A stretch of DNA of 64,000 nucleotides from Verrucomicrobiota bacterium. GTDB taxonomy: Bacteria > Verrucomicrobiota > Verrucomicrobiia > Limisphaerales > CANJSG01. How positions within the stretch are numbered: position 1 is the stretch's first letter; every line of letters begins with the position of its first letter. The position numbers and the translations under genes are program-made. The DNA lies in assembly GCA_043744715.1 (NCBI GenBank), contig JAYTUE010000088.1:4462-68461 (forward strand). Direction: 5' to 3'. This document shows, in pieces, positions 59,976-64,000 of this stretch. The notes beneath the pieces were generated by a model that saw only the letters and a program-made list of their open reading frames with translations, made no database searches and was not told where the DNA came from.

Positions 59976-60748
59976 AAGTGACCCTCAAAGTCTGGCGGCA
60001 GAAGAACGCGGCCTCCGCCGGCGAGTTCAAGACCTACACCTCGCCCGAGCTGAACGAGAACATGTCGTTCCTGGAGATGCTCGACGTGATAAACGAGGAA
60101 CTCGCCAACCAGGGCGAGGAGCCCATCGCCTTCGACCACGACTGCCGCGAGGGCATCTGCGGCACCTGCTCGCTGGTCATCAATGGCAAACCGCACGGCC
60201 CGCACAAGGGCGTCGCGACCTGCCAGACCTACATGCGCAGCTTCAAGCACGGCGATGAGATCGTCGTCGAGCCGTGGCGCGCGAAGCCGTTTCCGATCAT
60301 CAAAGACCTGGTCTGCGACCGGAAATCCTTCGATCGCATCCAGCACGCCGGCGGCTTCATCAGCGTGCGAACCGGGGCTGCGCCGGACGCGAACAGCATC
60401 CCCGTGCCCAAGGAGGACGCCGATCTCGCCATGGACGCCGCCCAGTGCATCGGCTGCGGCGCCTGCGTGGCGGCGTGCAAGAACGCCAGCGCCATGCTCT
60501 TCGTCGCCGCCAAGGTTTCCCACCTCGGCCTCATGCCGCAGGGCCAGCCCGAGCGCTACAAGCGCGTGAAGGCGATGGTTGACCAGATGGACACCGAAGG
60601 TTTCGGCGGTTGCACGATCACCGGGAGCTGCGAGGCCGTCTGCCCGAAGGAGATCTCCCTCGACTTCATCGCCCGCATGAACCGCGACTACGCCGTGGCG
60701 CTGCTCAAGGGCGAACCGAAGAAGATGGCCGGCGGCGGCGCGGGTTGA
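59972..60748 (+). CDS. sdhB: Succinate dehydrogenase/fumarate reductase iron-sulfur subunit
   Basis: 2Fe-2S region [11 protein letters not shown]. 4Fe-4S/3Fe-4S motifs [13 protein letters not shown] and [12 protein letters not shown]. Confidence 0.92.
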   Translation: MKVTLKVWRQKNAASAGEFKTYTSPELNENMSFLEMLDVINEELANQGEEPIAFDHDCREGICGTCSLVINGKPHGPHKGVATCQTYMRSFKHGDEIVVEPWRAKPFPIIKDLVCDRKSFDRIQHAGGFISVRTGAAPDANSIPVPKEDADLAMDAAQCIGCGACVAACKNASAMLFVAAKVSHLGLMPQGQPERYKRVKAMVDQMDTEGFGGCTITGSCEAVCPKEISLDFIARMNRDYAVALLKGEPKKMAGGGAG

Positions 60749-60756
60749 GCGGTTGC

Positions 60757-62070
60757 CTACCTCGCCTTCACGTCGAAGCACACCAGCTTCTCGTGGTAGC
60801 GGATGTAGAGCCGGCCGTTGAGAATGACGGGATGTGCCCAGGCGTCGTTGCGGGCTTCGGTGAAGCGGAAGTGGCCGCGAACTTCAAACTTGTCGACGGT
60901 CGGTTGCAGCAGCCGCAGCCAGCCGTCCTCCGAGTAGGCGTAGAGGCGGCTATCGGCCCAGAGTCCCGCTCCCTTCACGAACTCCGGTTCGACATAGAGC
61001 GTTTCACCGGTCTTCGCGTCGACAGCGGCCCAGCCTTTACGCCCTTGGTAGAACGATCCGTAGAGGCGGCCGTCGACGTGGACCAAACTGGCCTGACAGG
61101 TTTCGAGCTTGGACGTCCAACCTTCTTCCACATCCGGATCGCCGCCCGGTTTGGTCGGTGGCGTGAAACGGTAGAAGCGTCCCGGCGGTCCGTGCGGCGC
61201 GGTCATGAACACGCCGTCGCCGAGGAAGGCGGGCATCATGGCGAGCACGTTGTAGGTGGTGGGAATGCGTTTCGTCCAAAGCAGCCGCCCGTCGTTCGCA
61301 TCGACGGCGAACAAGTGACGAAGGGAGCAGCCGATGAGCAGGCGGCGTCCGGCATACTCGACAAGGATCGGGGAGACGTAGCTGGCATTGTCGATGGATT
61401 GCTCCGGACCCGAATCGATCAAGGGCGCGCTCTTCCAAAGCGTCCTGCCCGTAACCTTGTCGAGCGCGACGACAAGCGCGTTGCTGCCGCCCGCCACGGC
61501 GTAGACCGCCTTGTCATCGACGAGCAGGCATTCGCTCAGGCCCCAGGTGATGTTCTTCCCGCCGAAGGTTTCCAGCAGGCCGACGGCCCAAACTTCCCGG
61601 CCCGTCACCGCGTCGAAGGAGGCCACGCGACCGTGCGCATTCTGGAGAAAGACGCGTCCGTTGTTGAACGCCGCGGTGGCGCGCGCGCCGGGATAGGGAT
61701 TCTTCCACGAGGAGCCGTTGGTCGCCGTCCAAAGCGGACGTCCCGCGAGGTCGAAGGCGAAGAGGTGGAGTTCCTCGCCGACATCGCCGGTGAGGAATAT
61801 CCGGTCGGCGGAGAAGACCGGCGACGAGAAGCCCCGGCCCAGGTTGGTTGTTGCCCAGAGCGCGACCGGTCCCGACTCGGGCCAAGCCTGAAGGAGGCCG
61901 CGTTCAACGGAGACGCCATCGCGCTTCGGGCCCCGGAATTGCGGCCACCCGGATTCCACACTGGCGACGAGACGGGCTGATGGTTCCGCCGCCGCCGCGG
62001 TCGCCGGCAGGCTCAAACCCGCCGCGACGGCCAGTGCAAGGATGACGAGAAGATGTCGAAACAGTTTCAT
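60757..62070 (-). CDS. PQQ-like/BamB-like beta-propeller repeat protein, secreted
   Basis: Signal peptide MKLFRHLLVILALAVAAGLSLPATAAAA. Repeated ...G.L.A.D..TG..LW blades (AFDAVTGREVWA, ALDKVTGRTLWK, AVDANDGRLLWT, AVDAKTGETLY). Start trimmed to ATG 62070. Confidence 0.75.
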   Translation of the reverse strand: MKLFRHLLVILALAVAAGLSLPATAAAAEPSARLVASVESGWPQFRGPKRDGVSVERGLLQAWPESGPVALWATTNLGRGFSSPVFSADRIFLTGDVGEELHLFAFDLAGRPLWTATNGSSWKNPYPGARATAAFNNGRVFLQNAHGRVASFDAVTGREVWAVGLLETFGGKNITWGLSECLLVDDKAVYAVAGGSNALVVALDKVTGRTLWKSAPLIDSGPEQSIDNASYVSPILVEYAGRRLLIGCSLRHLFAVDANDGRLLWTKRIPTTYNVLAMMPAFLGDGVFMTAPHGPPGRFYRFTPPTKPGGDPDVEEGWTSKLETCQASLVHVDGRLYGSFYQGRKGWAAVDAKTGETLYVEPEFVKGAGLWADSRLYAYSEDGWLRLLQPTVDKFEVRGHFRFTEARNDAWAHPVILNGRLYIRYHEKLVCFDVKAR

Positions 62071-62141
62071 AGTGGCTACACAGGAGGATGGCAGCATTCC
62101 GCGAAGGTTCAAACACCCGTATCGAGCGCGCGGCGGCTCCG

Positions 62142-62169
62142 TGTCACCGAAATGTCACTCGCCTGTCAC
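62142..62169. promoter_or_regulatory. Pho-box-like array: three TGTCAC hexamers with exact 11-bp periodicity upstream of ppk1
   Basis: TGTCAC at 62142, 62153 and 62164. A TAGTTT -10-like hexamer lies at 62183..62188. The ppk1 ATG is at 62199. Confidence 0.5.
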
Positions 62170-62198
62170 CGGCCAGATGATCTAGTTTTCGCGTCCCT

Positions 62199-64000
62199 AT
62201 GGCCGGCTTGGTCAAAAAATTTACCTCGGTCCACTTCCTCAACCGCGAGCTCAGCTGGCTGGAATTCAACCAGCGAGTCCTCGACGAGGCGCTTGATCGG
62301 GGCTCGCCCCTGCTGGAGCGGGTGAAGTTCTTCTGCATCGTCAGCTCGAACCTCGACGAGTTCTTCGAGGTGCGCGTCGCCGGCTTGAAGCAACAGGAGG
62401 AAAGCCACGTCGTCGAGCGGTCGCCGGATGGACGGACGGCCTCAGAGACGCTGCGGGACATCCGCAAACGGGTGCTGAAAATGGTGGCGGAGCAGAACCG
62501 CTGCTGGCGCGAGGAGCTAGTGCCCGCGCTGGCGAAGAAGCGGATCCGCTTCCTCTCCGTCGCGGAACTGGGCGCGGCCGACCGCGCCTACATCGAGAAT
62601 TATTTCCGCAGGGACATCGCGCCGGTGCTCACCCCGCTGGGTGTCGCTCCCTCCCATCCTTTCCCCCAGCTGCTCAACAAGACGCTCAACCTCATCGTGC
62701 AGCTCCAGACCGTGCAGAAGGGCGAAGCCCGCAGCCGCATGGCGATCGTCCAGGTCCCGCGCGTCCTGCCCCGCTTGGTGCCGCTTCCGCGCAAGGACGG
62801 CCGTCGCGATTATGTCTTCCTCGCGAACATCGTCCGCGAAAACCTGAACGGCCTCTTCCCCGGCACTCCCATCGCGGGAGCCTGGACGTTCCGCGTCACG
62901 CGCAACAGCGAGCTCTACATCGACGAGGAGGACGTCGCGAACCTGCTCAAGGCCGTCGAAGCCGAGCTCCATAACCGCCGCCGGGGCGACGCCGTCCGGC
63001 TGGAAATCGAAGCGGACTGCCCGCCGGACATCCGGATGAACCTGCTGGAGAACCTCCAGCTTGCGCCGGAAGACCTCTACATCATCGACGGCCCGATCAA
63101 TCCCACGCGGCTGATGGCCATCTGCGAGGGGGACCATTCGCCCGAGCTGCGTGATCCGCCCTTCATCGCGCCCGTGACTCCGGCGCTGCGCGACACGGCG
63201 GACATCCTTTCCGTCATCCGCCGGCAGGACGTGCTGATGCACCATCCGTTCGAGAGCTTCTCCAGCTTCGTCGACTTCCTGAGGCAGGCCGCGACCGATC
63301 CGGACGTCCTCGCGATCAAGCAGACCCTCTACCGGACTTCGGGCGACATGCGCATCGTCGGCTCGCTCATGGAGGCGGTGAAGAACGGCAAGCAGGTCAC
63401 GGCCGTGGTCGAGTTGAAGGCGCGTTTCGACGAGGCCAACAACATCCGCTGGGCCCGGCAGCTGGAGGAGGCCGGCGTCCACGTCGTCTACGGTCTCGTG
63501 GGCTACAAGATCCACTCGAAGATGTGCCTCGTCGTGCGTAGGGACGAGGACGGCATCCGCCGCTACGTCCACCTGGGCACCGGCAACTACAACCCGACCA
63601 CGGCCCGTTTCTACACGGACATCGGCCTCTTCACCTGCAATCCCGACATCGGCGAGGATGTCGGCGACCTCTTCAACCTGCTCACGGGCGTCTGCCAGTT
63701 CCAGGGCACCCGCAAGCTGCTCGTCTCGCCGTTCACGATGCACACTCGGATCAACGAACTCATCGCCCGCGAGTCGGAGAACGCCAGGAAAGGACTGCCC
63801 GCCCGGATCATCGCCAAGATGAACGCCCTCGTTGACCGTGAGACCATCGAGTCGCTTTACCGCGCCTCCCAGGCCGGAGTTCAGATCGACCTGCTCATCC
63901 GGGGTGTTTGCTGCCTCCGTCCTGGTGTGCCCGGCCTCAGCGAGAACATCACCGTCCGCTCGATCATCGACCGCTTCCTCGAGCACTCCCGCGTCTTCCA
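62199..64000 (+). CDS. ppk1: Polyphosphate kinase 1 (3' end outside window)
   Basis: The frame is open from ATG 62199 to the window end. FLNRELSWLEFNQRVLDEA...ERVKFFCIVSSNLDEFFEVRVAGL N-terminus; KIHSKMCLVVR (PLD-like HKD); the last residues RFLEHSRVF are typical PPK1. It is absent from the ORF track because there is no stop in the window. Confidence 0.92.
   Translation, partial: MAGLVKKFTSVHFLNRELSWLEFNQRVLDEALDRGSPLLERVKFFCIVSSNLDEFFEVRVAGLKQQEESHVVERSPDGRTASETLRDIRKRVLKMVAEQNRCWREELVPALAKKRIRFLSVAELGAADRAYIENYFRRDIAPVLTPLGVAPSHPFPQLLNKTLNLIVQLQTVQKGEARSRMAIVQVPRVLPRLVPLPRKDGRRDYVFLANIVRENLNGLFPGTPIAGAWTFRVTRNSELYIDEEDVANLLKAVEAELHNRRRGDAVRLEIEADCPPDIRMNLLENLQLAPEDLYIIDGPINPTRLMAICEGDHSPELRDPPFIAPVTPALRDTADILSVIRRQDVLMHHPFESFSSFVDFLRQAATDPDVLAIKQTLYRTSGDMRIVGSLMEAVKNGKQVTAVVELKARFDEANNIRWARQLEEAGVHVVYGLVGYKIHSKMCLVVRRDEDGIRRYVHLGTGNYNPTTARFYTDIGLFTCNPDIGEDVGDLFNLLTGVCQFQGTRKLLVSPFTMHTRINELIARESENARKGLPARIIAKMNALVDRETIESLYRASQAGVQIDLLIRGVCCLRPGVPGLSENITVRSIIDRFLEHSRVF

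Noticed and set aside
62517-63986. 489-aa minus-strand ORF at the right end
   Set aside because: It is antisense to ppk1. ppk1 is open to the window edge, so it is missing from the ORF track, and it carries clear PPK1 motifs.

Overview
High-GC bacterial chromosomal segment, about two-thirds G+C by eye. Long antisense shadow ORFs are common, so calls rest on recognisable families, motifs and gene junctions. Gene content and repeat families suggest a Verrucomicrobiota/PVC-type organism; this is inference only. Left to right: a response-regulator/MBL hydrolase (5' partial); a TolC-MacA-MacB-type efflux operon; LPS/envelope genes (GT2, hldD-like, AsmA-like); an M20 peptidase and rsgA. Next is an ~11.2 kb, ten-gene minus-strand respiratory operon: alternative complex III actABCDEF, a 119-aa membrane protein, a CcoN homologue, ccoO and a monoheme cytochrome c. 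Then follow usp, a truncated radical-SAM remnant, an HTH-less cNMP-binding protein, lysE, pssA, hflX and ygiQ. A ~1.6 kb low-GC islet holds two orphan genes. After it come an L-fuconate dehydratase-like gene, a REP-flanked RAYT transposase, a PMI-like cupin, rnc, an orphan sugar-binding protein, a ROK kinase, rho with a long disordered N-terminus, and a single ORF fusing LMW-PTP, RpiB and SHMT. The right third holds a sulfate-uptake operon (yezD-like, OprP-like porin, sbp, M14-like hydrolase, cysTWA) with a convergent Rrf2 regulator, an sdhCAB operon interrupted by two extra ORFs, a PQQ-type beta-propeller and ppk1 (3' partial). Most interesting observations: (1) the CcoN homologue appears to lack essentially all heme/Cu histidine ligands while its partners keep their heme motifs; (2) sdhCAB is split by an ORF6N/KilA-N-type gene that itself carries an in-frame nested palindromic element; (3) the tri-domain PTP-RpiB-SHMT fusion; (4) several distinct REP-like repeat families, one flanking its RAYT; (5) candidate Pho-box, CRP-like and AT-rich operators. 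I saw no rRNA, tRNA or CRISPR array by eye.
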